Source: Sminthopsis crassicaudata (lineage: Eukaryota). Taken from it: DNA of 64,000 nt. The stretch lies in assembly GCF_048593235.1 (NCBI RefSeq), contig NC_133617.1:69896937-69960936 (forward strand). Direction: 5' to 3'. Under the pieces are notes generated by a model. That model did not search any database and was not told where the DNA came from. It worked only from the letters and a program-made list of their open reading frames with translations. Made by a program: the position numbers and the translations under genes. The first letter of the stretch is position 1. Every line of letters begins with the position of its first letter. Positions 62,315 through 64,000 of this stretch are shown here, one piece after another.

Positions 62315-62440
62315 CAGTGAGGAAGAATTGCAGGATCTGGCTAGGCTGTCCAGGGCCAGCAATGGTGGATGCTATCACCCACATCTTATAGTATCCTCCA
62401 GGGAGGTTCCACAGGGTTATATTTCTGGTATCTGCACTCA
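62315..62440 (-). CDS. IL27RA: IL27RA FNIII exon
   Basis: tttag|TGAGTGCAG...CACTG|gtggg, 126 bp, VSADTRNITLWNLPGGYYKMWVIASTIAGPGQPS. Confidence 0.9.
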
Positions 62441-63012
62441 CTAAAGAGAGAGAGAGGATGTGGACAGAGTGGTCAGTGAGGAGAAAATAGGGGGGAAGAT
62501 AGGGAGACTTCCTGGAAGAAGTCTGCATTAAGTTCAGGAGCAGTGTGGAACAAAGGAAATAGCTCTATGCCAGGAGCCAGGAAACCTGAGTTTTAGTCAC
62601 TAATTCACAGAGTGGCCTTGGGCCAGTACTTGTCCCCTTCTCTCAGCTTCTTAGTTTCTTCATCTGTAAAATGAAAGAACTGGACTATAATCTCTCAAAC
62701 TCTGTCTAGGACTAAATCCTATGCTGCTAAATTTTTTGTGTGACAAGTAAATTCCTTGTTTTTTATGGGCCTCAGTTTATTTATCTGTAAAATAATATGA
62801 TAATCTCTGATAATCTCTGAGGGCCTTTCCATAATTCTGTGATTCTGTGAGCAACACAGTGCTAGGTCAGAAGTCCTTGGGTGGTAGATTCCAGGATTAG
62901 CCACAGTGGACTGGCTGGAGACAGTGTTTCAAAGCCTTCCTAGGAAGGTGGAGTCTGAACCTGGATTAGGAGCCAATACAGAGGGATGAAGAAAAAGGGG
63001 ATAGATGTTTAC

Positions 63013-63171
63013 CATTCAGAAGGGTGGGGGACCCCGAAGCTGGCTGCACATATATGGTGTAGTGTGTGAAGTGTCCCCCACGTTTTCTTCTGGGGAGCTC
63101 GGCCCATGCTACAGTCAGTGCCCCGCTGGCAGAATTTGGAACCTGCCACAGAGTTGGCCCTTCTAGGGGTG
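63013..63171 (-). CDS. IL27RA: IL27RA FNIII exon
   Basis: ctccag|CACCCCTAG...GAATG|gtaaa, 159 bp, APLEGPTLW...VAWAELPRRKRGGHFTHYTI. Confidence 0.9.
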
Positions 63172-63266
63172 CTGGAGGGAAAAATAAATATCAGAGGCCT
63201 TTGCAACCCCTTCCTCAGGACCCATGTGCCACCACACCTTCTCCTGTGCCCATCCCATTCCTTTAC

Positions 63267-63368
63267 CTATCTCCTGACTGTACCCCCAGACTGGAGAGGC
63301 AAAAGCCAGGCCCTTCAGAGAGACACTGCTCACGGTCACACGGTATGGAACACCTTTCTCGAAGTTTC
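63267..63368 (-). CDS. IL27RA: IL27RA FNIII exon (gene continues past the window end)
   Basis: ttcaag|GAAACTTC...GATAG|gtaaag, 102 bp, GNFEKGVPYRVTVSSVSLKGLAFASPVWGYSQEI. Confidence 0.9.
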
Positions 63369-64000
63369 CTTGAAAGAAGGGAGGGGGCATGGGTCCAGAA
63401 AAATCACAGGAAAAGCCCATTCTACCCATCTCCATTCCGCCTCCATGCCTGTTTTCCCCACCTCCTATCACATCTTCTATTTTTCATCTTTGTTGCCTAT
63501 AAGCCTCTCCTTTCCAAGCTCCCAGAACCACCAAATTTCGGAGTTGTAAAGAACCTTTGAAGACAATGAGAATACTTCCACCTCCAGCTAACCCACATCT
63601 TCTATACATGCTCCCAAAACAGTCAGTCATCAAGCCTAAAGGACTTACAAATAAAAAAGGATCATTGACCCTAAGATAGCTCACTCTGCTTTTGGACAAT
63701 TCTCACCAGGAGAAAGTTTTTCCTGATATTAAGCCTATATTTGCAGCTCTACCAACCATTACCAAAGCCCTTCAGATGTGCAAAAATAGTTATTAGTCAT
63801 TAATCTACTTCTGCCTCTTTTATAAATTTTCTTCTCCAAACTCAGCATTCCCAAGCTGATCTTATGATCTGATCTTATGTCCTCTCACCATCCTGACTGA
63901 ATGACTCTGAACTGAACATAATATGGGGACAAGATCTGAACAAGACAAAAGAGAGTGGGATTATCACTCTTTTGGGTCCAATGACTCTCAATGCAGTCAC

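Overview
Mammalian genomic DNA, very probably from an Australian marsupial and tentatively a dasyurid, judged from the tRNA-headed SINEs, RTE/BovB-like LINE remnant and L1 3' ends. Gene order matches what I recall of human 19p13.12. From left to right: a SMIM46-like microprotein exon nested in PRKACA intron 1 (+); PRKACA exons 2-10 (+, first exons lie upstream of the window); SAMD1 (+, 5 exons, three single-C frameshifts in the winged-helix domain); C19orf67 (+, 6 exons); MISP3 (-, 3 coding exons); PALM3 (+, 7 exons, CaaX end); and the last six exons of IL27RA (-). Exon calls come from my own reading of splice sites and phases plus remembered human protein sequences, with no alignment run. There is one 190-bp assembly gap and no prokaryotic-type system. 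The most interesting unexplained items are an orphan housekeeping-type promoter (NRF1/ETS/ZNF143 motifs) split by a 230-bp tandem duplication, an internal L1 endonuclease fragment with a perfect 17-bp TSD but no tail, a duplicated TEAD-site cassette and decayed exon-like segments upstream of MISP3, a CTCF motif created from a SINE head, and lineage-specific protein changes in PRKACA, MISP3 and PALM3.
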